From: a virus
Lineage: Duplodnaviria > Caudoviricetes
IMG/VR virus record: IMGVR_UViG_3300037286_000119
Location: 1-54,697 of that record
Strand: one strand, 5' to 3'
Length of the DNA: 54,697 nucleotides
Part shown: positions 26,943-36,937 of the stretch, piece after piece
Position numbering within the stretch: position 1 is the first letter of the stretch
Layout: each line of letters opens with the position of its first letter
The notes under the pieces: model-generated
Seen by the model: only the letters and a program-made list of their open reading frames with translations
Told to the model about the DNA's origin: nothing
The model's database searches: none
Translations under genes and position numbers: made by a program

Positions 26943-29900
26943 TGACTGACTTCCTGAAATATTTGGATTCCACCGAAACAACAGGGAATGATTTTTCTGT
27001 TACAAAACCTATTGAAAATCAACCGATAGATTTTTCGAAGTACATTGAAAAGAAAGGCCCCGATCCCACCATATTCAAAACAGTGGTCAATTCCACGACG
27101 CCAGACCGGGAGGCAGAAATATCCGACCTGTCAAAGAGAACCGGACTTGCCGAAGAAATTGTCAGAAGCAATTTTGATTCTGCGAAAATAAAAGCCGAAC
27201 ATGGCCGGATCTCCGATCTGGTGAAAGACACGCCTGCCCTTTCAAGGTTTATTGGAAACCCCAAAGAACTCGCAGCCGTTCATGACGATATTGACATGCT
27301 GGCCCAGGTGGAAATTGAATCATCCAGACAAATGATTGATATGATGGGCAGGGGAGTACAGGCGGCATTGAAGACGGCTCCCAGGGCGGCGAACATTCTA
27401 AAAAGATCCGGGTTCAATGTCATGGCTTTCGGATCTGCATACCTTGACAAGTTCGCTGATGCTGTTTCAAAAGTGACCGGGTTTGATAAGGGCGGCCTGT
27501 TTGAGGCCATTCAAAACGAAGCCCTTGGAATGTCAAGACTGACAGAAAAAACCCTGAATGAAAGCATAATTGCACCAACAGAAGCCATCAAAGGGAAGCG
27601 CCTATTTGATAATCCGGAATTGATCGCTGACCCGGAATGGTTGATTCAAAACATTGGGGATGCCGGGGCGTCCATGATACCGGTTGTTCTTTCTGCCGTG
27701 GCAGGTGGGCCGGTTGCTGCCGGAATGACGGGCGGTAGCATGGAGGGGGCCGGGCTGTTTGATGAAATGATGAGAGAAGGCAAAACAGACCGTGACACTG
27801 CCCTGAAAGCCTCAACGGCTTACGGTATCGTTTCTTCTTATCTCAACAAACTCGGTATCGACAAATGGATGGACACCACGGCAGCCAAGACATTAAAGGA
27901 TCGGCTGTTTAAATCATTCGCTGCCGGCGGAACCGAGGGCCTTACCGAATGGCTGGAAGAACCGGCACAAGCTTTTATCAAAACTCTGGCCGAGGGTGGA
28001 GCAGGGCAGGAAATCCTTTCCGCAGTCACCGAGGCCGCAAAAAATATTGATGTCATACCAGGCGCTTTCGTCATGGGTGGCGGGATGTCTTACATGAACC
28101 AGGGCCAGGATATCAGATCCCAGGCCATGGCCGAAGAATTCCGGAACCTTCACGAACGAATAGGCGCCGCATCCGACCAGTCCAAAACAAAAGAGCGTTC
28201 CCCGGACCATTTTGAAAAGTTCCTGGACACTGTTGGCTTTGGGGAAACCGGTTTTATCACTCCGGAAGGCGCAGAAGTCCTTTTTCAGTCCAACCCGGAA
28301 GCCGCCCAGGTCATCATAGAAAAATTGGGCCTTGATCCCCAGGAAACCATGGACCATGTTAAAAATGGCCTGGATATCCCCGTCAAAATGAGCGCCATCC
28401 ATGCCAGGTTGCTACCGGAAGAACGGGCGGCCATCCTTGACGATCTGAAACCGGCCCCGAGCGCCATGAGCAAACGGCAGGCGGATAATATTGACATTGA
28501 GGGTAATCTTGCGGCCATGGCCGACAGATTTTCCGATGCCATGGCCGAAGAATCAGCGTTTAAGACTGAACTTGACCGGGTAAAAACGGAAGCCATCGCA
28601 GCCGGCGCATTGCCCGAACAGGTCCAGGAATTCGGGAAGCTGATTGAAAAGTTCTCTGACCGGATGGCCCTGGAAGGGCAAAGCCGGGTTGATACCCTGG
28701 GGAAGATCAGAATTCAGGGGCGGGGGCTTTCTGAGTTCGAGCAAGGGTCTGGGTCTTTGTTTCAGGGCGGGGTTAACGGCAATCTATTCAGAACCGGCCT
28801 GAATGATTATTTGTCCGGAAACATAAACCCAAGGAAGGCCATAGAATTCGGAACAACCCCAATTGTTCTTCAGGCTGTTGGAGCCGGTCCATTGCCTTTA
28901 AAAATCAATCAAGAAACATTAAAGAAAGTCCTATTTGACAAACACAAACTTTCAAAAGAACTGATTTCTCGGTTGCCTGAAAAAATAGCAGACCCCATTA
29001 TGATTTTTAAATCGGCCACGGTTGAAAATGGCCTTGTTGTAATGACAGAACTTGAACATGATGGAAAAACAGTCGTGGCTGCTGTCCACCTGAATATTAA
29101 AAAAGGCGGAAATTTTATTAACAGGATATCCAGCGTTCATCCAAGAGAAGAAAATTCACACTTTATCAATTGGATAGAAAAAGGATTATTGCGGTATAAG
29201 AACAATGAAAAGACGAAAGGCTGGTTCCACTCCAGGGGGCTACAATTGCCCGAAGGGGGAAACAGCCTTTCTGATAAAAAAATACTCTCTGAAAAGGATA
29301 TTGTCAATAAAAACATTTTATTCCAAGACAAACGTGGAGCCGTAACCATAACAGACCAAGGCTATCTTATCAGCCTATTCAAAGGCGCCGCCGATCCGTC
29401 AACCCTCGTCCACGAAACCGGCCACATCTTTCTTGAGGAAATGCAATCCCTTATTTCCCTGGGGAACGCCTCAGAATCCCTTATAAAAGACCACCAGACC
29501 GCCATGAAATGGCTTGAGGCCACAGACGGCCAGCCATTAACTACCGAACAGAAAGAAAAATTCGCCCGTGGGTTTGAAGCCTTTTTGATGGAGGGTAAAT
29601 CTCCTTCTGCAGAACTGGAACCAACCTTTGAACGGTTCCGGAAATGGCTTTTATCCGTTTACAAATCTGCCCTTAACCTGAATGTTGAGCTGACCGAAGA
29701 GATTCGGCAGGTGTTCGGAAGAATGCTGAATGCTGAGACCGCCATCAATATGGCAGCGGCAGAAAATCAAATGGAAATGCCGAGCAAAAAGATCATGGAT
29801 GCCCTGGGGATTAATCAGGATGACCGGGAGTACATGAAGCGGCTTTTAAAGAATGCCATCGGAAACGCAGAAAAACAGATAGTGAAAGACCGGAACGCAG

Positions 29901-32900
29901 ATAATCAGATGCACAGGAAGGCGTGGGAGGCAGAAGCCAAAAAGCAGCTTCAAGAACTTCCCGGATATCAGCTTCTTGACGGGCTGTCAAAAGGCGGAGG
30001 CCTCAACACCCGGGAAATGGTTTATCTCTACGGCAAAGAGAATGTATCCAGGATTCCCCGGACCAACCCGCCTGTTGTTAAAAAAGAAGGAGTATCCCCC
30101 ACCATTGCCGCCGCAAAATTCGGCTATGATTCGGTTGATGAAATGATGGAGGTTTTGACCGGCATCATCCCCAAGAAAGATTTTGTCAAGGCTTATGTCG
30201 AGAGCAAGCAGGCTGAGAATGACGCCCGGTTTAACCCGGCCGATTATTTGATCGGGACCGATGAACATTCTGACTATCTTTTCATCATGGCAAAATATCA
30301 GAGCCGGGCCAATGGATCGCAGGTTGATGTTCCACCCACAAAGGCATTTAAGGCATATGCCCGAAAAACGTTTAATAAGTACAAAATCAAGGACGCAACC
30401 CGGATTGATAGATTCCTATCCGCTTTAAAGAAATACTCCGGGATCGAAAGAAAAAGCGCCATGACCGGAGATTTTGGAGCGGCTTCCCAGGCAAACGAGA
30501 AAGTCCGGTTAAATCACGAGCTTTCCGGGCTGAGCATTAAACAGCGGAAGGCTGTTGAAGGGCTCATTAAAAGAGCCGGTAAAATAATCGGATCAAAGGG
30601 AATCAAGAATGAGTATAAGCAGCAAACCCTAAGAGTTATCCAGCGGTTTGGCCTGTCAAAAAGAGAGATTGCCCTTGACCAGGACCGGGTATCAATCGGA
30701 GAGTTTTTTGCGGACCTGAGGTCTCATGTCGATGTTGAGGCCTGGCAGATGATCCCCACGTATTCGGATTTCCTCACCACGGATTCCCTGGAAATGGATT
30801 ACCGGGAACTGACGGTTGAACAGTTCGAAGAACTCAACGACCTGGTAAAGTATCTTCAAAAGCGTGGATACAAAGCCAAGAAAGATTATCTGTCTGATGG
30901 GAAAACGGAAACCGAAACCATAGCCAATGAGTTGGCCGTACCGATTATTTCAAGGAAGCGTCAGAAGAAAAAATACGAAGAAGATTCCATTCTCGCAAAG
31001 CTGACCAGCAAAACCAGAAAATTCTTTGCCACCCATGACAGCCTTATTTTTATCACGAAACGGCTGGACGGATTTGTCAGTAATTTAAAGGGTGGGCCCG
31101 GACCGAACGAGATAAATATCAATCACCGGATTATGGATGCTGATAATGCTTTTGTGTCTCTGACCGCCGAGATTTCCAAAAAACTCGATCCGATAACCAA
31201 ATATTTCCAGAAACGGGCCAAGGAATTTCCCAAGAAAATACTCGATACCGGCGTGAAAGTCCCGGAGGTCATGAACCGGGAAACTGAGAAATCATGGACC
31301 TTTGACCGGATACTTGCCGTTGCCCTGAATCGTGGCAATAAAACCAATCTCCAACGGCTTACCGGCGGATATGGCCTTTCTGAGGCGGATATTGAAAAAC
31401 TGACCAGCATTTTGACTGATGAGGATTGGGACAAGATTCAAGAAATATGGGATATTGTGGATTCACTCTGGCCTCAAATGGATGCCGTTTTTTACCGGAT
31501 CAATGATTTCCATCAAAAGAAGGTCCAGCCGGACGCATTCAAAACAACTTCCGGGAAAGAAATGAGAGGCGGGTATTATCCTATCATGTATGACCGGTCC
31601 TTGAGCATGAAGGCCGGGGAGTGGAAAGAAAAAGAAGACCTCATGAATTCTTATGAGGCCATGTTCCAGCCGGCCAATCCCAAACAAGGTATGCTGCAAA
31701 GCAGGGTTGCCGGTAATGTTCGTATGCCGGTGAGGCTGGATCTGACAGTTTTATATTCCCATTTGAATACATCGATCCGGTATATCACCCATGCCGAAGC
31801 GGTGAATGATATTAACAAGATATTCAAGAACAGCACTTATCAGGCCGCTGTAGAGAAGGCCGAAGGCGTGGCGGTTTATGAAATGCTCCGCCCGGCCCTG
31901 GCCGAAATTGCAAGGCCAAATGCTTTGAAGCTTGACCAGATAGATTCAATGGCCTTGGATCAGGCGAGTAAGGCCACGGCGTATATTCTTGGTTATAACA
32001 GGTCGGTAGCCCTGAAACAGCTTGCAGGCTTTTTCCCGGCCATAAATGATCTTGGTGACGGCAACCCGATAAAGGGGACGTACTGGCTGATCAGAGGACT
32101 TGCAAAAGTATCCGCCAGCCCCATAGATGCCTATGAGGCTATGAAACAAGTCTCTCCATATATGAAAAACCGGTCGGACAACAAGGACCGGGATATCCGG
32201 CGCAATGTGGATATGATCCGGGCCAGGACCAGGAATTTTAAAGGAATTACTTGGCAGGATGTCCAGGACACTGCTTTTGTATTCATCAAGGCCATGGATT
32301 TTGCCGTGGTTTTTCCGGTCTGGCATGGCGCCTATCAAAGAGGCATGAAAATCCACGCCGGGGATATGACGGCCGCTATCCGGTACGCAGATTCGAAAGT
32401 AAGAGATTCCCAGGATTCGGCCCAGGAAATTGACTTGAGCCACCTTCAGCGGAGCCGGAAGGGCTGGCACAGGGTTTTAACGATGTTCTCGACCTTCACC
32501 CTTAAATATGGTCAGCGGCAACGTTATTTTTATAATGCTTACCGGAACGGCACGATAGGGCGTTCAAAGCTTTTATCCATCATAGCGGTTGAAATGATAG
32601 CGCCTCCTGTCATGATCGGGCTCATGTTCTCTTTGCTTTGGGGAGAAGATCCGGACGAAAAAGAACTCTTTTATGATGTGATTGCCTCCCAGTTTATGGG
32701 CATGCTCGGGTTCAGGGAAATAGCTGGGCTTGTCCAGGGAAATTTGAGCGGATTTTATAGAGACACTCTCAGCTCTCCGGTGGCCACCGGTGCTAATCTG
32801 GCCATAAGGTTTTTGACCAACCTTATAAAAAGTTTGGAGGATATTGATAATGACAAAAAAATGGAGAAAGCACTGCTCGCCTTGATAGAAGTATTATGCT

Positions 32901-33028
32901 TCCATTTCAAGGCACCGGTAACAAAGATTCACAGGGAAGTAACCCAAGGCATAGACCAATACGAACGGGGAGAAGGCACATTGTTCAATATCATATCCAG
33001 AAACCCGGAAAAAATAAGAAGGGATTAA
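26942..33028 (+). CDS. Large ejection/polyvalent protein with MuF-C-terminal-like domain and HExxH metallopeptidase motif
   Basis: 2028 aa; TPIVLQAVG..PLPLKI...LPEKIADPIMIFKS...NRISSVH (MuF-C-like); ADPSTLVHETGHIFLE...EKFARGFE (zincin-like). Confidence 0.75.
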   Translation: MTDFLKYLDSTETTGNDFSVTKPIENQPIDFSKYIEKKGPDPTIFKTVVNSTTPDREAEISDLSKRTGLAEEIVRSNFDSAKIKAEHGRISDLVKDTPALSRFIGNPKELAAVHDDIDMLAQVEIESSRQMIDMMGRGVQAALKTAPRAANILKRSGFNVMAFGSAYLDKFADAVSKVTGFDKGGLFEAIQNEALGMSRLTEKTLNESIIAPTEAIKGKRLFDNPELIADPEWLIQNIGDAGASMIPVVLSAVAGGPVAAGMTGGSMEGAGLFDEMMREGKTDRDTALKASTAYGIVSSYLNKLGIDKWMDTTAAKTLKDRLFKSFAAGGTEGLTEWLEEPAQAFIKTLAEGGAGQEILSAVTEAAKNIDVIPGAFVMGGGMSYMNQGQDIRSQAMAEEFRNLHERIGAASDQSKTKERSPDHFEKFLDTVGFGETGFITPEGAEVLFQSNPEAAQVIIEKLGLDPQETMDHVKNGLDIPVKMSAIHARLLPEERAAILDDLKPAPSAMSKRQADNIDIEGNLAAMADRFSDAMAEESAFKTELDRVKTEAIAAGALPEQVQEFGKLIEKFSDRMALEGQSRVDTLGKIRIQGRGLSEFEQGSGSLFQGGVNGNLFRTGLNDYLSGNINPRKAIEFGTTPIVLQAVGAGPLPLKINQETLKKVLFDKHKLSKELISRLPEKIADPIMIFKSATVENGLVVMTELEHDGKTVVAAVHLNIKKGGNFINRISSVHPREENSHFINWIEKGLLRYKNNEKTKGWFHSRGLQLPEGGNSLSDKKILSEKDIVNKNILFQDKRGAVTITDQGYLISLFKGAADPSTLVHETGHIFLEEMQSLISLGNASESLIKDHQTAMKWLEATDGQPLTTEQKEKFARGFEAFLMEGKSPSAELEPTFERFRKWLLSVYKSALNLNVELTEEIRQVFGRMLNAETAINMAAAENQMEMPSKKIMDALGINQDDREYMKRLLKNAIGNAEKQIVKDRNADNQMHRKAWEAEAKKQLQELPGYQLLDGLSKGGGLNTREMVYLYGKENVSRIPRTNPPVVKKEGVSPTIAAAKFGYDSVDEMMEVLTGIIPKKDFVKAYVESKQAENDARFNPADYLIGTDEHSDYLFIMAKYQSRANGSQVDVPPTKAFKAYARKTFNKYKIKDATRIDRFLSALKKYSGIERKSAMTGDFGAASQANEKVRLNHELSGLSIKQRKAVEGLIKRAGKIIGSKGIKNEYKQQTLRVIQRFGLSKREIALDQDRVSIGEFFADLRSHVDVEAWQMIPTYSDFLTTDSLEMDYRELTVEQFEELNDLVKYLQKRGYKAKKDYLSDGKTETETIANELAVPIISRKRQKKKYEEDSILAKLTSKTRKFFATHDSLIFITKRLDGFVSNLKGGPGPNEININHRIMDADNAFVSLTAEISKKLDPITKYFQKRAKEFPKKILDTGVKVPEVMNRETEKSWTFDRILAVALNRGNKTNLQRLTGGYGLSEADIEKLTSILTDEDWDKIQEIWDIVDSLWPQMDAVFYRINDFHQKKVQPDAFKTTSGKEMRGGYYPIMYDRSLSMKAGEWKEKEDLMNSYEAMFQPANPKQGMLQSRVAGNVRMPVRLDLTVLYSHLNTSIRYITHAEAVNDINKIFKNSTYQAAVEKAEGVAVYEMLRPALAEIARPNALKLDQIDSMALDQASKATAYILGYNRSVALKQLAGFFPAINDLGDGNPIKGTYWLIRGLAKVSASPIDAYEAMKQVSPYMKNRSDNKDRDIRRNVDMIRARTRNFKGITWQDVQDTAFVFIKAMDFAVVFPVWHGAYQRGMKIHAGDMTAAIRYADSKVRDSQDSAQEIDLSHLQRSRKGWHRVLTMFSTFTLKYGQRQRYFYNAYRNGTIGRSKLLSIIAVEMIAPPVMIGLMFSLLWGEDPDEKELFYDVIASQFMGMLGFREIAGLVQGNLSGFYRDTLSSPVATGANLAIRFLTNLIKSLEDIDNDKKMEKALLALIEVLCFHFKAPVTKIHREVTQGIDQYERGEGTLFNIISRNPEKIRRD

Positions 33029-33031
33029 AAA

Positions 33032-35446
33032 ATGACAGTAAACGGGATATATGAACCATCAAAATATGTCATAACCGCGGGACAGGTTGATTTCAACATT
33101 GCCTTCTATTTTGTCAGTTCTGGACATATACGGGCCCGGATAACAGACACGACCGGGGTTGATACAGAATTGACGCCAGGGGTTGATTTTAATATTGTAA
33201 ACACCACCCTATCCACTGTCTTACAGCAAACAGTGGGTTATCAAATGACCATTTATCTTGACATGCCGTTTATCCAGCAAACCGATTATAAAAACACTGG
33301 AGACTTGGATCTTGAGAATATAGAAGCCAGTTTTGATGCCGCGACCCTCGAAAGACAACAAATGAAGGAGCGACTTGGCAGGACATTGTCGGCCCCTGTG
33401 TCGAGTCTTCCAGGGGTTGATTTTGCCCTCCCCGATTATGCCCCCGGTGAATACTTCCAATGGCATCCAAGCCTTTTAAAAATGAGGTCAATTCTTATCC
33501 CTGGAGCTGAAAACAGGGTAACAACCTCGGATTATTTCATAGTGAAGGATCTTGTTTCTGATATCGCCTCTGCTGGAAGCTCCAGGAAACGAATGGTTAT
33601 AACGAATTCTCAGGCGTTGACAGCAAATATGACAGTCCCTGAGAATGTTAGCCTTGATATCAAAGAGGGCGGCATGATTACCGGGGCACGCACCTTAACC
33701 ATTAACGGTTCAATACAGGCCGGAAATTATCAGATATTCGGGAGTGATGTAACGGTAACCGGCAACCCTCAAATTGATAAGGTCAACGTTAAATGGTTTG
33801 GAGCCAAGGGAGACAAGTCGAACAGCGATACGGCGGCAATTCAAAGGGCCATAAATTTTGTAGATTCAACCTATGACCTTGAAACAGTGATTTATTTCCC
33901 AAGGGGATTTTATAAACATTCTGAGCTTGACGCTTCGAATTCTCTAAAAAAGGTTTCGTTTATGGGAGAGGCCCCAAGGTCAGTAATTTTGATCTATATC
34001 GGGGCTGGCGGTGCGAATTCTTACTCAATACAGTTTCCTGCTGCCGGCAAATCTTTTGGTAAAATGGAGAATATAACTATAATAGGATATGACGATACCA
34101 ATCCTTCTGGTGGGATCGCTGAACATAATCTCGTATACCAGGGGTCTGTTGATTCGCAACACAGGCTCGTCAACTGCCAGTTTCAAAAGTGTTTTGGTGA
34201 TTCAATCAAATATACCGGCCTTATTACAAACATCCATGTGGATCATGTCAGGCTTGACGGTATCGGGGGATATTGCTTTAGCTGGGCTGGCGGCGTTGGC
34301 ATGGAGGCAAGGCCCGTATCGGTCGAGAAGTTTACCGTGGATAATAATATTACCGGGGCTTTTGCTACCCGAGCCCAAGCTTTGGGCTATTATGACGGCA
34401 CCCGTTGGGGGAAAGGGGTTGCTTTTCTCGGCGCCCTATCCGGTGCATATCTGTCTTTTTCAAATGCCAGGATAGAAATGAACAAAAAGATGATAGCAGA
34501 TCCAAGTGGCCGGGTGTCTCTGTTTTATTCGGCTGCTACCACGGGATATCCTTCTTTGAAATTGAAGAATATGGGCGGCTTTACACAGCCTGCCGATTCT
34601 GGCGCGGTTGTTCGATCTGTAAACAATCGAACAAACTTTATAGGTGAAGATTTGTTCTTTTACAATATGTCTTCAATCCTTGAAGACACTGCCGGAAATG
34701 TTATCCATCCGTTTTCCGCACAAGACAGGATTTCTTTCCATGCCAATAAACAGCAGAACCAAGGGCTTTGTATTCAAGGCCAGTTTTTAGAATTCAGGGA
34801 TGGGGCTCCGGATTCTACTGTTTTTAATCGGTATCGCAAGGGGGATATCATTTTTGACAACACTCCCGTTAAGGGTGGGAATATTGGCCATGTGGTGACG
34901 ACCCCAACCACTGGTTACGGGGTGACGTCAGGCTCAAATATAACGACAGCGGCGGTAGTAACGGCGGGATCTGCGGTTATATCAGGATTGTCTGGCGTAC
35001 TTCAAAATTGCATGCCGAGATTGAATATTACTGTCGTTGGGGCCGGGGCCGCCGGAGCTGATCTGCTGACATATATAGTCTCGGCGGATCAGGTAGCCGG
35101 AACGATAACCGTGAATACCGCCCCCTCAACCTCTGTAAATCCGGCAACGATCAAATATACCGTCCCCGAGTTCACCAAATGGGGGAATATTGAGTTGCTT
35201 GGAACTCTGGTATGGGACCCAGGGTCACTCGCTACCGGGTCAGGGGAAACATCTGGCACTATTACGGTTTCGGGGGCAGTCGTGGGTGATTTTGTTCTTG
35301 TGGCCGCTCCCTATGATCTGCAGGACTGCGTGGCCACTGCCTACATACAGCAAAACGGTTTGGCAGAAATAAGACTGCAAAATTTTTCAGGTGCCACCCG
35401 TGACTTCGCAAGTGGGACGTGGAAAGTCAGGGTTTTTAAACAATAA
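33032..35446 (+). CDS. Tailspike / tail fibre with T7 gp17-like N-terminal anchor and pectate-lyase-3-like beta-helix
   Basis: FNIAFYF...QQTDY...IEASFDAATL anchor; VNVKWFGAKGDKSNSDTAAIQRAIN...IYFPRGFY. Confidence 0.85.
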   Translation: MTVNGIYEPSKYVITAGQVDFNIAFYFVSSGHIRARITDTTGVDTELTPGVDFNIVNTTLSTVLQQTVGYQMTIYLDMPFIQQTDYKNTGDLDLENIEASFDAATLERQQMKERLGRTLSAPVSSLPGVDFALPDYAPGEYFQWHPSLLKMRSILIPGAENRVTTSDYFIVKDLVSDIASAGSSRKRMVITNSQALTANMTVPENVSLDIKEGGMITGARTLTINGSIQAGNYQIFGSDVTVTGNPQIDKVNVKWFGAKGDKSNSDTAAIQRAINFVDSTYDLETVIYFPRGFYKHSELDASNSLKKVSFMGEAPRSVILIYIGAGGANSYSIQFPAAGKSFGKMENITIIGYDDTNPSGGIAEHNLVYQGSVDSQHRLVNCQFQKCFGDSIKYTGLITNIHVDHVRLDGIGGYCFSWAGGVGMEARPVSVEKFTVDNNITGAFATRAQALGYYDGTRWGKGVAFLGALSGAYLSFSNARIEMNKKMIADPSGRVSLFYSAATTGYPSLKLKNMGGFTQPADSGAVVRSVNNRTNFIGEDLFFYNMSSILEDTAGNVIHPFSAQDRISFHANKQQNQGLCIQGQFLEFRDGAPDSTVFNRYRKGDIIFDNTPVKGGNIGHVVTTPTTGYGVTSGSNITTAAVVTAGSAVISGLSGVLQNCMPRLNITVVGAGAAGADLLTYIVSADQVAGTITVNTAPSTSVNPATIKYTVPEFTKWGNIELLGTLVWDPGSLATGSGETSGTITVSGAVVGDFVLVAAPYDLQDCVATAYIQQNGLAEIRLQNFSGATRDFASGTWKVRVFKQ

Positions 35447-35462
35447 TAGAGGGCCTCTACCA

Positions 35463-35717
35463 ATGACCGGAATCACAAAAGAGACATTTACAAGAGCTGA
35501 TATAGAGACACAGATGGGTATTCTTTATGATTATCACAGAGACACCAGTGAAGGGATAAAAGATATTCAAACTCTTTTACAAAAGCATCCGTCAGACTGT
35601 GAGAAAAGGTTTGTTGCCCTGGAAACCAGGAAAATAAAAGATACTGCTATTTCAGGCGGGATGGGTCTACTCGGAGGGTTTCTTACAATGGCCGCAAAAT
35701 TGAAGTTTTGGGGGTAA
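35463..35717 (+). CDS. Small protein with C-terminal TM helix (lysis-module associated)
   Basis: Start MTGITKE; CEKRF coiled segment then hydrophobic tail; upstream of endolysin. Confidence 0.6.
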   Translation: MTGITKETFTRADIETQMGILYDYHRDTSEGIKDIQTLLQKHPSDCEKRFVALETRKIKDTAISGGMGLLGGFLTMAAKLKFWG

Positions 35718-35718
35718 A

Positions 35719-36174
35719 ATGAAAATCGAAACAACGGCATACCATATTGCAGAAAGGTTCCTCGGCCTGAAAGAAGTCAAAGGCGCCGTGGATAATCCTC
35801 AGATTATGGCAATGCTGAGGCTGGATAATCAATGGCCTCAAAATGATGAGACACCATGGTGCAGCGCATTTGTTAATTATGTGGCCTGGCTTCTAAGGCT
35901 TCCGAGATCTAAGGATCTCCGGGCCAGGTCATGGATTAATACCGGAGTACCGGTGGACATGGATGATGCCGCTGTTGGATTTGATATTGTGGTGCTCACC
36001 CGGGCGGGGGATTTGTCCGGGCCGGACGTCATAAAAGCCCCTGGCCATGTCGGTTTTTTTGCAGGTAGGAATTCAAGCTCGGTCCTGGTGCTCGGCGGGA
36101 ACCAGGGTGACAGCGTCAGTATTTTGGGGTTTGACCCGGTCCGAGTGCTGGCTATCCGCAGGCTGGCTGGATGA
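35719..36174 (+). CDS. Endolysin, TIGR02594-type NlpC/P60-like peptidase
   Basis: DETPWCSAFV...ARSW...GHVGFF...LGGNQ. Confidence 0.88.
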   Translation: MKIETTAYHIAERFLGLKEVKGAVDNPQIMAMLRLDNQWPQNDETPWCSAFVNYVAWLLRLPRSKDLRARSWINTGVPVDMDDAAVGFDIVVLTRAGDLSGPDVIKAPGHVGFFAGRNSSSVLVLGGNQGDSVSILGFDPVRVLAIRRLAG

Positions 36175-36228
36175 TATGTTCCGGCATGTGATGGCCGGTA
36201 TATTGTGGAGAAAATAAGGAGAAAAAAG

Positions 36229-36459
36229 ATGGACCCATGGTATTTGAGCAAGAGGAATTATGCAGCATTAATTCTGGTGATTGTGGCTTTGGCGAAACTG
36301 TTTGACATAGAGCTTGATTCACAGTTTCAGGAAAAGCTTATGGACTTTCTGTCAACGGCTGGGATTCTTGTTGCCGGGGTGCTGGCGGCGTGGAGCAAGT
36401 TCAACGAGAAAAAAAAGGCCTCTGATAAAGAGATCGGTTTAACCCGTAAAACAGGGTGA
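36229..36459 (+). CDS. Putative holin (2 TM)
   Basis: PWYLSK...two hydrophobic helices, basic tail; AAGGAG RBS; alternative in-frame GTG start at 36205. Confidence 0.65.
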   Translation: MDPWYLSKRNYAALILVIVALAKLFDIELDSQFQEKLMDFLSTAGILVAGVLAAWSKFNEKKKASDKEIGLTRKTG

Positions 36460-36579
36460 TAGCCTCCCGGATCGGAGGCGGGGCCAGCGGGCACAATGGC
36501 TCGGGTCGAGCTTTGGAAGTTCTCAGAAAAACGATACCATCCAAAGCGCCATGAAAAGGCAAACCGGTCTGCCGTGATC

Positions 36580-36658
36580 AATAAAAAACCCCCTGCCGGC
36601 TACCCGTTCCGGAAGGGGGTTTGGAGAAAAATTTGAAACATTTCAAAAAACGTCTCAA
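36580..36658 (-). ncRNA. Candidate small RNA with two hairpins and intrinsic terminator
   Basis: TTGACA at 36687-36692 (minus); hairpin TTGAGACGTTT/AAATGTTTCAA with G-U pairs; linker ATTTTTCTCC; terminator AAACCCCC...GGGGGTTTTTT. Confidence 0.4.
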
Positions 36659-36793
36659 TGCCTTTTTAACTATTTTCTTTCCCGGGTGTCAATGAAATTT
36701 TGAATTCGGTCTAAGGGGCCAGGGCAGCTTTAACAAAGAGGAAACCCCGCAAGGTTTCCTCTTTGTTGTGTCTCAAAACTGTATCGTTTTGGG

Positions 36794-36817
36794 AAAAGGC
36801 CGTAAAAAGGGCCGTAA
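36794..36817. repeat. Tandem 12-bp repeat, candidate integrase arm-type sites (prophage 1 side)
   Basis: AAAAGGCCGTAA AAAGGGCCGTAA. Confidence 0.5.
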
Positions 36818-36825
36818 CTTGATAA

Positions 36826-36862
36826 GAAAAAAGGGTTAAAAGCCATAGCTATTAACCCTTGA
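36826..36862 (-). terminator. Intrinsic terminator following the tRNA 3' end
   Basis: Minus strand AAGGGTTAA-tagctatggctt-TTAACCCTT followed by T run. Confidence 0.7.
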
Positions 36863-36874
36863 AACTCTTGTTAG

Positions 36875-36937
36875 TGGCGGAGAAAGAGAGATTCGAACTC
36901 TCGATACCGGTTTCCCAGTATACTCGCTTAGCAGGCG
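36875..36937 (-). tRNA. 3' fragment of tRNA-Ser(GCT), att core at the prophage junction (not a complete tRNA)
   Basis: Minus strand CGC-CTGCTAA-GCGAG-TATACTGGGAAACCGGTATC-GAGAGTTCGAATCTCTC-TTTCTCCGCCA: anticodon loop, long variable arm, T arm, CCA; D arm and 5' acceptor strand absent. Confidence 0.88.

Larger units (their letters stand above)
1..36937. mobile_element. Prophage 1, temperate podovirus-like (T7/BPP-1-type virion module), left end outside window
   Basis: Early arm on minus strand, CI/Cro switch at ~11.2 kb, then replication, terminase, head-tail connector, capsid, tail tubular A/B, ejection proteins, tailspike and lysis on plus strand, ending at a tRNA-derived att core. Confidence 0.9.
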
